NCBI GenBank assembly: GCA_019058365.1
Contig: JAHPZE010000003.1
Coordinates: forward strand, 259,448 to 323,447
Origin: Promethearchaeota archaeon
GTDB lineage: Archaea > Asgardarchaeota > Lokiarchaeia > Sigyniarchaeales > SOKP01
Reading direction: 5' to 3'
Length of the DNA: 64,000 nt
Shown one piece after another: positions 20,880 to 30,453 of the stretch. The notes under the pieces were generated by a model. The model had not been told where the DNA came from. It ran no database searches and saw nothing but the letters and a program-made list of their open reading frames with translations. Made by a program: the position numbers and the translations under genes. The stretch's first letter is position 1. Every line of letters starts with the position of its first letter.

Positions 20880-20967
20880 GAAATTAAGTATGAGATAAAG
20901 AAGATTTCAGAAAATTAAGAATTCAATTAAGAAGAGAAATTAACTGATTTTTCATTTAAAAGAGATA

Positions 20968-21738
20968 CTATTTAAAAGAGTTATTCGCCGCCTTTATTAT
21001 TTGAAATAAAGAATCTGCTTGTAGTGAAGCGCCCCCAACTAATCCTCCATCGATATTCTTTTTATTAAACAAATCTTCAGCATTACTTGGTTTAATTGAT
21101 CCTCCATATTGTATTCTTATTAAGTCAGCAGTCTCCATTTCAAATTTATTACGTAACTTTTCACGTATGAAAATATGGATTTCTTCTGCTTGTTCTGGAG
21201 TGGCAGTGATCCCCGTTCCTATTGCCCAGATTGGTTCATAAGCTATTACAATTTTTAACATCTCTTCTTTTGTGAGATCTTTAAATGTTTCATTAATTTG
21301 GTATTTAATAACTTCCTTTGTTTTTCCCGCTTCTCTTTCTTCTAAATGTTCCCCTATACAAACTATGGGGTTCAAATTTACAGATAATGCCTTTTTAAGT
21401 TTTTTATTAATCAAAGCATCTGATTCTTTAAAAATGTCCCTTCTTTCACTATGACCAAGAATGACATATTCAACGCCAATTTCTTTTAAAAATTTTGGTG
21501 ATATCTCGCCTGTATATGCTCCCTTATCTTCAAAATACATGTTTTGTGCTCCTAATTTAATATTTGTATTCTTTAAAATTTCGTAAGCATTAGTTAGAAC
21601 GGTAAAAGGTGCTGCAATTACTATGTCGACATTATAAATTTCTTCTAATAACGGAATTAAACTTTCTAACATTTCTCTTGATTCATTGGGAGTACCTCGA
21701 TTCATTTTCCAATTACCACCAATAATAGGTTTTCGCAA
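20968..21738 (-). CDS. tpiA: Triosephosphate isomerase, bacterial/eukaryotic length
   Basis: GNWKMN, GHSERR, AYEPIWAIGTG, YGGS, LVGGASL. Confidence 0.97.
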   Translation of the reverse strand: MRKPIIGGNWKMNRGTPNESREMLESLIPLLEEIYNVDIVIAAPFTVLTNAYEILKNTNIKLGAQNMYFEDKGAYTGEISPKFLKEIGVEYVILGHSERRDIFKESDALINKKLKKALSVNLNPIVCIGEHLEEREAGKTKEVIKYQINETFKDLTKEEMLKIVIAYEPIWAIGTGITATPEQAEEIHIFIREKLRNKFEMETADLIRIQYGGSIKPSNAEDLFNKKNIDGGLVGGASLQADSLFQIIKAANNSFK

Positions 21739-21870
21739 TATATTCTACCTCTGACATTTTTTATAATATAAATTGATTAAATTTTCATTATAATTCAATT
21801 ATAGAATATGTCTATAAAATTCTAACTAAAATTAATAAATTAATTTACAGTAAAAAGGAATAAGAAAAAA

Positions 21871-22374
21871 TTATTCAATTTTCGGGAGTTTTTCCTTTAA
21901 TTTTGTCGTTCCTAATAATTTTTTTATTTCATTTATATCAGGACTCATAATCGTGGGTAGTCCTAATTGTGTACGTCTTCTTTCTATAGCGGGTTGCATA
22001 GGGATAGCTTTTCCATGTTCCATTACAGTCGATGCTTGACCTGTATAATGAGTAGGAGCTTCACCCCTCTCTACACTCATGTTTTTTAGAATTGTGAAAA
22101 TTTCTGTTAGCTCGACCTTCTGAGGACAGACTTCATCACATGTATCGCATACCGTACAACCCCAAATATTAAATGAATTTTCTGCACCAAAAATTTTTTC
22201 TTTAAGTCCTAATAAAGCGTCTAAAATTAAGCGTCTTGGGTTATATCTACCTTCAGTAACTTGTGCTACAGGACACGCACCACTACAAGTTGCACATTGA
22301 TAACAATATGCTAATGTATTGCCAATATCATTACCGAGAATTTGGTTTCTGAAATCAAAATCTATAGTTGCCAT
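21871..22374 (-). CDS. hdrC: Heterodisulfide reductase subunit C-like 2x[4Fe-4S] protein
   Basis: CYQCATCSGACP and CTVCDTCDEVCPQ; probable start MATID. Confidence 0.85.
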   Translation of the reverse strand: MATIDFDFRNQILGNDIGNTLAYCYQCATCSGACPVAQVTEGRYNPRRLILDALLGLKEKIFGAENSFNIWGCTVCDTCDEVCPQKVELTEIFTILKNMSVERGEAPTHYTGQASTVMEHGKAIPMQPAIERRRTQLGLPTIMSPDINEIKKLLGTTKLKEKLPKIE

Positions 22375-22615
22375 TTGAAACAATCAGTTTATCTTAATAT
22401 TATTTAGTATAACTTATTGTTGATTTTAAAATTAATTCTTTTAAAAACATATTTTAAATTTAAAATTTTCTCCTTTATTTTGGTTCTCTTCTATTGTTTT
22501 TTAAGAGAAATTGTTTTTAAATTGTAAATGAAATTAATAAAAGGAATTAAATATTTATTTCTACAATAATATAAAAAACATACAATAAAGCAAATAATTT
22601 AAAAATTGAGATGAT

Positions 22616-22972
22616 ATGACGAATATTGAAGAACTAAAAGAATTTGGCATTGAAATTACGGAAAATATGAAACAGGGGAAGGTTATAATAGATGTTTATA
22701 CAACATGGTGCGGACCCTGCCGATTTTTAAGCCCAATATTAGAAAAATTAAAAGAGGAAGGACTAATTGAGTTAATAAAAGAAGATCTTGATCAAAACAG
22801 ACCTCTTGGCGAAAAATTTGGTGTAACAGCAATACCTACACTTCTGTTTTTCAATAATGGCGAATTATTAAATCATCCAATAGAGGTTCAAGGTCAATTG
22901 CTTGTTCGAAACGGTATTATGGTTGGAGCTGCTGGAGAACAAGTTATTAGGGAAATCGTTGATAGAATGTAG
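22616..22972 (+). CDS. trxA: Thioredoxin
   Basis: WCGPC, AIPTLLFF. Confidence 0.9.
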   Translation: MTNIEELKEFGIEITENMKQGKVIIDVYTTWCGPCRFLSPILEKLKEEGLIELIKEDLDQNRPLGEKFGVTAIPTLLFFNNGELLNHPIEVQGQLLVRNGIMVGAAGEQVIREIVDRM

Positions 22973-23168
22973 TTTAATCCTTTCCACGTATAAATTCATT
23001 TCCGCTTTTTAAATATTTTTTCTCTCTATTGGTAAATGTCAAAAAAAGAGATTAAAAAGTTATTTTTTTCTCCTTAAATAAAATTTGAATTTCATACAAA
23101 TAATCTATGTATTGAAATAAAAATTTTTTATTTAATGAAATTTTTTCAATATTTAATTTAATATCAGA

Positions 23169-23696
23169 TTGGAAAAAAGAAATATGAATTTTTCAAGGAA
23201 AGAGCTAATAGAAACAGACGCAACGATGAATCAAATGAGAAATGCCATTTATATATTGACACGATTAATGGAGAAAAATGGAATAAGTGATTCAAAAGAT
23301 CATTTAAGAAGAATGGGACAAAATATTGCCAAAACTTATATTAACTATTGGCAACCTACAAATATCGTTACAATAAATAATATCAAGGATGTTATAACAA
23401 CTATATACCAAAAAGTTATGAATAGCGTAGTTTCTTTAGAAATCAATGAATTAGAAAGAGAAATTAGGGTTCAAGATTATAAATGTGCATTATGTAAGTA
23501 TCAATACACTGATATAGAAATTGCAGGTTGTGAAATACTATTGGGGCTTATATCTGAATTTATATCCCTTATAAGCAAGGAATCGTCTGATCCCTCATCA
23601 ATTACTTTAGAACCATATAAAGTAAATGAATCTAGAGCTTATGGTAATAAATCGTGTATTCAAATATTCAAATATAAAATTGGAAAGGAGGGATAA
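23169..23696 (+). CDS. Bet3/V4R-fold protein
   Basis: LRRMGQNIA resembles the Bet3 helix; CALC, GCEILLG, ESRAYGNKSC fit a V4R pattern. Confidence 0.6.
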   Translation: MEKRNMNFSRKELIETDATMNQMRNAIYILTRLMEKNGISDSKDHLRRMGQNIAKTYINYWQPTNIVTINNIKDVITTIYQKVMNSVVSLEINELEREIRVQDYKCALCKYQYTDIEIAGCEILLGLISEFISLISKESSDPSSITLEPYKVNESRAYGNKSCIQIFKYKIGKEG

Positions 23697-23698
23697 AC

Positions 23699-25171
23699 TT
23701 GGGTGCATTCCAATGGTTAATGAAAAAAATAACTAAAGTATTTGGACGATCCACTAATGCGTTATTTTATACACTTTTATATCGAGAAATTCTTAAAGAG
23801 GTTAATGAAATTACTAATAATGAAAAAGAGAGCCTTATTATCCTCAGAGAAATCGGAAAAAGATCAGCTTATGAATCATGTGAACGCCATTCAAGTATAT
23901 TTAAATTTATGCCTGGGAACCCCAAAAAAGTTTTAGATTATTTTGAAATTCTATGGGTTGTTGTTTTTGGAAGAGAATTAGAAGATTATACTTATGAAGA
24001 AATTCCTAAGGAGGAATCAAAATATAATGATTATATTTTAAAGATTAAAAATTGTCCAATTTGTGCTGGATATGGGCAAGATAAGGAAGATTCCTTTGAT
24101 TTTGATAAAGTAAAAGATGATAAATCAGAAGGTTTAGCGTGTGGTTTATGTGGAATGTTAGAAAGTGTAGCTAATTTTATTTTGAAAACAAAACGGAACG
24201 ATTATAGAATCCAAATAGTTGAACAAAAATGCATAGCTCGGGGTGGTGAATGTCTTCAATTTATTTGTAAAATTCATGATTATAAAGAATGGAAAGAACT
24301 GATGTCTTCTAGAACTGAAGAAAGGATTTCAACAGGGATTTATTTTGAAGAAAGTTTAGAAGAGGAAGAGATTGTTCAAGAAACCAAACTTGATATCATC
24401 GATAAACTCCAAGATGTTATTTCAATTGATAAATTAGAGGAATACCTTGATGAGCCTTTGGAATCAATAAAAGAGAGAGTTTCTGATATTATCAGAGATA
24501 AACTGAATATGGAACCTACACATTTCTTTGACTATTTCCGTAATTACGAGGATGATATGATTCGGATAATAGGATACCTTGGAACTCATCTTATAAATGA
24601 ATATGGGGGATTATTGGAAAAATCCTTTAAGAGTGAATGGTTTGCAAAAGTTTTTGGCTACATCTTCAAACAATTAAAAGAAATGACTCTATTATTCATT
24701 CCTTTAGATGTAATCCGTGATTATAATGAACTCTTAGTCAACTTTCTTGAAGGAGTAGCACCACAAGAAATGGTTGAGAATGTGAAACAATTTACCAGTA
24801 AAGATACAATAACTTATATCTTCGAAGGGGCTCAAATGGCGCTGCAGAATTTAGGAATTGATTTTTCTGAATTAAAAGAAAATGTTTGGGAAGAATTAAA
24901 AGCAGAACGGGAGGATGGATTAATATCTTCAGAAACTTCCACTATTGATAAAACTCGTGAGCGTGTTCCTCAGATTATTAACATCCTTCAGGAATTACTA
25001 ATGATAATTAATGATATTCTTACATTACCAATTAGAGTATTAATTTCAGAAAGCCATTATGGATTAAAGACAGCAATTAATTCCGTCGTTTCAGAAGAAG
25101 AAGGTTTATACGGTTCAATACGCGGGAAACTTGATAACATTTTTGACCAAATTCAAGATATAAGAAAATAA
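23699..25171 (+). CDS. V4R-domain protein with long helical C-terminal extension
   Basis: LREIGK, CPIC, CGLCGMLE, EQKCIARGGEC. Confidence 0.65.
   Translation: MGAFQWLMKKITKVFGRSTNALFYTLLYREILKEVNEITNNEKESLIILREIGKRSAYESCERHSSIFKFMPGNPKKVLDYFEILWVVVFGRELEDYTYEEIPKEESKYNDYILKIKNCPICAGYGQDKEDSFDFDKVKDDKSEGLACGLCGMLESVANFILKTKRNDYRIQIVEQKCIARGGECLQFICKIHDYKEWKELMSSRTEERISTGIYFEESLEEEEIVQETKLDIIDKLQDVISIDKLEEYLDEPLESIKERVSDIIRDKLNMEPTHFFDYFRNYEDDMIRIIGYLGTHLINEYGGLLEKSFKSEWFAKVFGYIFKQLKEMTLLFIPLDVIRDYNELLVNFLEGVAPQEMVENVKQFTSKDTITYIFEGAQMALQNLGIDFSELKENVWEELKAEREDGLISSETSTIDKTRERVPQIINILQELLMIINDILTLPIRVLISESHYGLKTAINSVVSEEEGLYGSIRGKLDNIFDQIQDIRK
25055..25171 (+). repeat. Copy 1 (in use) of the V4R gene 3' end
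   Basis: Encodes HYGLKTAINSVVSEEEGLYGSIRGKLDNIFDQIQDIRK*; recurs at 26918 and 28321. Confidence 0.92.
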
Positions 25172-25418
25172 GTCCATGAGACCTAAATAAGGTGATTTTA
25201 GACTCCCGCAATTCAATCTTCTTCTATACTCCATTTTTCTTCAATTTGGTCTGGAGTCATAACATTAAACCAACTCCGAAAATCTCACCTAAAGTTAGAG
25301 GGATAGTATGTTTTTTTAATAATGAAGGTGTATATATTTTTTAAGCTCATACCCTTTTTTCTCATATTTATAGTCATATCTCTGCGATATTTAGATAAAA
25401 TGGGTTTTAAATCTTTCG

Positions 25419-26690
25419 CTACCTTCTTTTTTTAAGGAATCCTTTTAATTCATCTTCATAATATGTGAATCTCCAGAAATCTCCATCGGATTTAAATTCC
25501 CCACAAAAAGGACAAAAGTCAAATTCAGTTGATATTATATTTTTACAAAAGCCACACTCAACATTTATTATTTCTTTTTTTTTTAACTTCTTTAAAAATT
25601 TTTTAAAATGATTTTTGTAAGGGAATTGTTTATCGAGAGCTAATGCTATAAGTTCAGCATTATCTATCTTTTTGGCGTTTTCTTTTATTGCTTGATATGC
25701 TTTTATATTATTGATTTCTCCAAGAGCCCATGCGGCAGCTTGACGTATTATCAAATCAAGCGATTCCATTTTTAATAACTCTATGAGAGGTTCTATTGCA
25801 CTTATATCTTTCAATTTACCAAGTGCTAAAGCAGAACAAACACGTATTTTTTTATTATTTTCTACTGAATATCGATTTTCATTTAAGAGATCTATTAGAA
25901 ACCTTATATGTTTTTTGCTACCTATTCTTCCAAGTGTTCTAGGGATTTCATATTTCCTTTCATCATCATAATCCTGATTTTTATAATATTCAATTAATGC
26001 TTCTATTGCTTTTACATCACCAATTCTAGCAAGCATTTCATGCACGTACTCTCTAACTGAATGATTAGAATCTTTTAAAGCTTCACATAAAGAATCTATA
26101 GGAAATATATCCATTTTTTCCTTATGATAAAATTGAGAAAAAACTAAATCTCTCAATTGGTTAGCCGCAGTTTTACGAACATCCTCTGAAAGATGAAATA
26201 AAGCATAGTTTAACTGTTCGATTACATTTATTCCACCAATGTTTTTTAATTTATAGATTATTGATTTTATCATATCAATATCTTGTTCCTTATATAATTT
26301 ATTGGTAAGAAGTTCAATTGCTTTAGGATTATCCCACCCTGACAAAATCTTTAAGGTAATATTAACAATTTCAGAATCATCATGATACAATGATTTTTCT
26401 AATACTTCTTGCCATGGACCTATAAATCCAGATATTTTACTAAATCCCAAGAATTCTCGTATCGCATCCTCAGAACTACTATGATTATATTTTTTACCTA
26501 TTTCCCAAAATTTCTTAGATAAATTATTAAGATCCTCTTTTTTATTCGTATGCAATGCTTCTCTCATTAATCGAAAGCTATCGCTAACTGATTGATCATG
26601 TTGGATTTCTCCTCGTTTTTCCAATAAAGCTATATATTTAATGTAACTCTCAAATAATTGTTTTTCCTTTAATTTATCTTCTTCTGACAT
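25419..26690 (-). CDS. HEAT/PBS-lyase repeat protein with C-terminal zinc ribbon
   Basis: Repeats VRKTAANQL, VREYVHEML, IRVCSALALG, IRQAAAWALG; CGFC...CPFCG. Confidence 0.8.
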   Translation of the reverse strand: MSEEDKLKEKQLFESYIKYIALLEKRGEIQHDQSVSDSFRLMREALHTNKKEDLNNLSKKFWEIGKKYNHSSSEDAIREFLGFSKISGFIGPWQEVLEKSLYHDDSEIVNITLKILSGWDNPKAIELLTNKLYKEQDIDMIKSIIYKLKNIGGINVIEQLNYALFHLSEDVRKTAANQLRDLVFSQFYHKEKMDIFPIDSLCEALKDSNHSVREYVHEMLARIGDVKAIEALIEYYKNQDYDDERKYEIPRTLGRIGSKKHIRFLIDLLNENRYSVENNKKIRVCSALALGKLKDISAIEPLIELLKMESLDLIIRQAAAWALGEINNIKAYQAIKENAKKIDNAELIALALDKQFPYKNHFKKFLKKLKKKEIINVECGFCKNIISTEFDFCPFCGEFKSDGDFWRFTYYEDELKGFLKKRR

Positions 26691-26917
26691 GGAGTTCAGA
26701 TTCCCTCTTTTCTTATATTCAGTTGTTTCTCATAATTTAAATATCTTTTCGATCATCTTATATATATACCTTATATAAAAGACCCACTTCACTCTCTTTA
26801 TCCATAATTTCAATAAAAGTATAAAATCTTTAATTCAATTCTTCTCCCAAACTTTCTTTGAATCTTTCTACTCGTAGAATCATCTTTCACTTGATTAGAA
26901 TTTCTCAATCTTTAGGT

Positions 26918-27016
26918 CATTATGAATTAAAAACAGCAATTAATTCGGTTGTATCAGAAGAAGAAGGATTGTATGGGTCAATACGTGGGAAACTTGATAT
27001 CATATTTGACCAGATT
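26918..27016 (+). repeat. Copy 2 (orphaned) of the V4R gene 3' end
   Basis: 86/99 nt identical to 25055-25153; reads HYELKTAINSVVSEEEGLYGSIRGKLDIIFDQI. Confidence 0.92.
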
Positions 27017-27219
27017 TCTAATTTCGGATAGAATTTTTTTCGACTAGGATTACCTGAAACTGCTAGTATTACATCTTGATCACTGTCAGGTCTATGTTCT
27101 TGTTTAGCTCGTGAACCTGCGGGAGTAATTTTCGCTAAACCTAGTTTAGAATTCTTTAACACGTTGGTAATGCTTATCAATTTTTTTTTGTAATGTTCAT
27201 TTGGTAATTCTTGCTTCAT
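27017..27219 (-). pseudogene. Truncated Pol-beta superfamily nucleotidyltransferase, N-terminal fragment
   Basis: AGSRAK......DSDQD motif; the rest of ORF 26920..27219 is only the antisense of repeat copy 2. Confidence 0.65.
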
Positions 27220-27328
27220 GAGTAAAAATAAATCACTTACCTATTTATAACATAACACCTTTAGTTTCAAATTGGAAATGATTTAAGTAATTTATTAGAT
27301 TAGTTTAATATATATTAACATTAACACA

Positions 27329-28246
27329 ATGAGAAATTCAAGAATGGATATGGGAAATATTCGCGAAGTTGGTAATAATTTATTACAAAAACATGCGATT
27401 TTATATAAGAAATTGATTCAAATTCCAGAATCAAGAGAATTGATTTTCCTTATTGACATTGAGAAAGATCTTAATATTGGAAAACCTCGTTTCCTAAATA
27501 GAAAATACACATGGTCTAAAGAATTATTAACAAAATTACACGATCACCTGGAAGATGTGTGGAGTTTTTTTGATTCATATTCACATTGGGTAGACAATTC
27601 TTTGATATCAATTATTTCATATACTAAAAGAAGTGAATCCAAGAAGTCAATTATTTTTTTATTAGAAAATGATGTATGGGAAACTGATGAAGTTTATGGT
27701 GATTATGTAATTGAGAAAATGGAAAGCTTCACAATGGTTAGCTATTTTCGTTTCAATAAGAAAATGAAATCTTTTAAGATTGATACAATTGAGAATTCAA
27801 AAATTGAGAATTGGATATGTAATGATGTGTTTACACAAATTCAACAACAATTCTCTTACATCTGTTCTAAGATAGAAACTGAAATTAAAACCTGTATTGA
27901 GGAAAAATATCACAAAAAACCAAAATTATTGATTACATCTGATTATTTCAAGGAACAACTAAATAAAACTAAAGAAATGGCAGAATATTGGCCTGAGGCA
28001 GCTTTTTTAAGTATAGGGCGAATTTGTGAGATGTGGTTACTTACACAACTTAATCTGGAAAGTACTGGATTTAATCAGGATTTACTAAAATTAGCTGAGA
28101 GATATAATATAGTTGACAAACACGAGTTCAAATTTTTAAAGAAAATTAGGAAAAACTACAATGATTTGAAACATAAGCGATATTATAATATAGACAAAGG
28201 TTTAATATTCAGCTTAATCAATTTTTTTTTAAAAATATTCAAATAA
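27329..28246 (+). CDS. Hypothetical protein with C-terminal HEPN/DUF4145-like domain
   Basis: AAFLSIGRICEMWL ... IRKNYNDLKH pattern. Confidence 0.5.
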   Translation: MRNSRMDMGNIREVGNNLLQKHAILYKKLIQIPESRELIFLIDIEKDLNIGKPRFLNRKYTWSKELLTKLHDHLEDVWSFFDSYSHWVDNSLISIISYTKRSESKKSIIFLLENDVWETDEVYGDYVIEKMESFTMVSYFRFNKKMKSFKIDTIENSKIENWICNDVFTQIQQQFSYICSKIETEIKTCIEEKYHKKPKLLITSDYFKEQLNKTKEMAEYWPEAAFLSIGRICEMWLLTQLNLESTGFNQDLLKLAERYNIVDKHEFKFLKKIRKNYNDLKHKRYYNIDKGLIFSLINFFLKIFK

Positions 28247-28320
28247 CAATAAGTACTTCAAAAGTGATTTTGCTATAGAAACCAATTGGAAATCCTAAAT
28301 TTTGGCTAATATCTTTGTTT

Positions 28321-28361
28321 TTGATAATATATTCGATCAAATTCAAGAAATAAGAAAATAG
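28321..28361 (+). repeat. Copy 3 (orphaned, probably oldest) of the V4R gene 3' end
   Basis: 35/41 nt identical to 25131-25171, all 6 differences at third codon positions; reads DNIFDQIQEIRK*. Confidence 0.85.
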
Positions 28362-28391
28362 AATGTAATTTCGTTAAATTCACATTCCACA

Positions 28392-29843
28392 TTATTTCAT
28401 ATTTTTTTTGTTACCATTCTTAATTTCTTTATTCTTGTAGATTTCATAAAACCAATTAACTATATATTGAAAGAAAAATCGTTCACGAAGAACATCATAA
28501 TGAGATTTTTCTTTTAAACTTGTTAATTTTGCTATGTCTTCTGATTTTAATTTTCCTTCAACAATTAAATTCATTCGAACTTTGTATTGATCAATCATTT
28601 TTATAGGGCGTAAAATTGCTGAAATTGCATCTGATATTTTATCTATTAATTCATTAAACTCATTCTTAAAAAAATATCGATGATCAATATCATTTACTAA
28701 AAAATTTTTCACATTTTTTAATATTACTTCTTTTTTGTGATAATTAATTAACTCTTCTTTACTCAAACTCTCTACAAGAAAATCAATTAATCTGTTAATT
28801 GTATTTTTTTTAATGGAAAACTTTAATAACTCGGTTTGCAACTTTTTGATGAACTGCTTCTTCAAAAATTCTTTAAATTTAATTATGATAGCCTTATTCT
28901 GCCTATTATCTGAACAGATTTCAATAACTTCTCCTTTAGGTGTAGAATATGTAAAACCTAAACCTTGTGGACCCAAACCTCCAAGAAGAACCATTGATAA
29001 GCTATAAAAATTATAATTATCCTTGTCTAAAATTTTCTCTAAATTTTTTGAAATGTTTCTAGGAGAGACAAGGTGTTTTTTAATTTCACGGTGCTCATGT
29101 TCTTCTTCTATATCATAATAATATGTCCGATATTTATAAAGAACATCAAATTCGAGGAGATCTTTAGCTTTAGTCGGGAACTGGTCTTTTTGCTTTTCGA
29201 ATTGATAATTGTTAAATAGAAAGTTCTTTTCAAAAATATTAACAAAGTTATCTATAGGACTTAAATATCTAATGTTGAGGCCATAAATGGTATATTGGTC
29301 AAAAAAAATGTTTTTAATGAAGTGTATTAATCCATTGTGATCGGGAAAATAAGAAATTGGACTTTTAACAAAATAATTGTAAAGATCTCTAGGCATTATT
29401 TCATAAACATATAATATAAATGAATTCGATACTTTACCAAACAAGTCATTCAAATTTGCCATGAATAACCTGTCTTCCTTGAGATGCCTAAGTTCTTGTC
29501 TTTCAAATTCAGTGATTTCTTTCTCTAATAAACTGTATTCATTAAAGAATCTTAAAATGTCAATAATCTCTCCTAATGCTGAGGTTTGATATCCAGTAGA
29601 TATTTTATCGGTACAGATCAATAGCAATTCTGAAATAATATTGAAGCGGTTGGGAATTTTTTTTACATCCATAAAAATATTAAATTCAACAGATGCATTG
29701 AATAGAATTCTAAAACCCTCAAATTGTCCAGATTTAAGACATATTGAAAGTTCTTCATAATATCTCTTTTCAAGCAATTTTTGGTTTTCTATTCTTAAAA
29801 TTTTTGATTTCAGCTGTTCAAAAAGCTGGTTTGATGGCATCAT
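28392..29843 (-). CDS. Hypothetical protein
   Basis: 483-aa ORF with Gly-rich core GGLGPQGLGFTYSTPKGEVIEICSD; downstream of the roadblock gene. Confidence 0.6.
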   Translation of the reverse strand: MMPSNQLFEQLKSKILRIENQKLLEKRYYEELSICLKSGQFEGFRILFNASVEFNIFMDVKKIPNRFNIISELLLICTDKISTGYQTSALGEIIDILRFFNEYSLLEKEITEFERQELRHLKEDRLFMANLNDLFGKVSNSFILYVYEIMPRDLYNYFVKSPISYFPDHNGLIHFIKNIFFDQYTIYGLNIRYLSPIDNFVNIFEKNFLFNNYQFEKQKDQFPTKAKDLLEFDVLYKYRTYYYDIEEEHEHREIKKHLVSPRNISKNLEKILDKDNYNFYSLSMVLLGGLGPQGLGFTYSTPKGEVIEICSDNRQNKAIIIKFKEFLKKQFIKKLQTELLKFSIKKNTINRLIDFLVESLSKEELINYHKKEVILKNVKNFLVNDIDHRYFFKNEFNELIDKISDAISAILRPIKMIDQYKVRMNLIVEGKLKSEDIAKLTSLKEKSHYDVLRERFFFQYIVNWFYEIYKNKEIKNGNKKNMK

Positions 29844-29916
29844 ACAATTAATTTAATAGAAGAATTAAAACAAAATAAAACTATTGCTTTCTTATCGAAG
29901 ATAATATCAGATTAGA

Positions 29917-30288
29917 CTAATCTAATAATTCAGCGATTTTTTTTGAAACACTTTGGATATTTAAAAAAACCATCCCTAATGAAGCATCACTTTTTGCAAG
30001 AGTGCATAAGATAGCGTTTTCCCCCGCTTTGGATAAAATTATTATCCCCTCAACACCTTCTATAAGAATTCTCTTTAGATCTCCTCGAGCAAGTTCTTCT
30101 ACCGCACGTTCTGAAACACTTAATATAGCAGCACTCATTGCACTTACGATCCCATCATTAACATCTCTAGCAAGAACAGAACAGATGGGTAAACCCTGTA
30201 CGCTAACAATAGCGCTGCCCTGAATATCGGAGTTGACTGCTTCCATTCGCCTCAAAAGGTCGATGAGTTCACTGATGTTTTCGCTCAA
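29917..30288 (-). CDS. Roadblock/LC7 (MglB-like) domain protein
   Basis: GSAIVSVQGLPI, SAMSAAILSVSERAVEEL, ASLGMVFL. Confidence 0.9.
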   Translation of the reverse strand: MSENISELIDLLRRMEAVNSDIQGSAIVSVQGLPICSVLARDVNDGIVSAMSAAILSVSERAVEELARGDLKRILIEGVEGIIILSKAGENAILCTLAKSDASLGMVFLNIQSVSKKIAELLD

Positions 30289-30453
30289 AGATTTATCAAC
30301 TTAAACAAATAGTAGGTTATTGATCTAATAAGATAATAATATAATAATATTATTTTTATTTTTAATTTTAATCTAATTTTAATATTAAGTTTATTAATAA
30401 AGTTAATACTTATTTAAAAAATATTTTTATCAAAACCCACATTAATTATTACA

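Noticed and set aside
25180-26918. GACCTAAA inverted match at the ends of the first cassette as terminal inverted repeats
   Set aside because: Only 8 nt, no target duplication and no transposase.
25055-27016. Diversity-generating retroelement TR/VR pair
   Set aside because: Mismatches are at synonymous third positions, not adenine-specific, and no reverse transcriptase is in the window.
26920-27219. Intact 99-aa protein as given in the ORF track
   Set aside because: Its last third is the antisense of the duplicated V4R tail, so it is treated as a truncated NTase.
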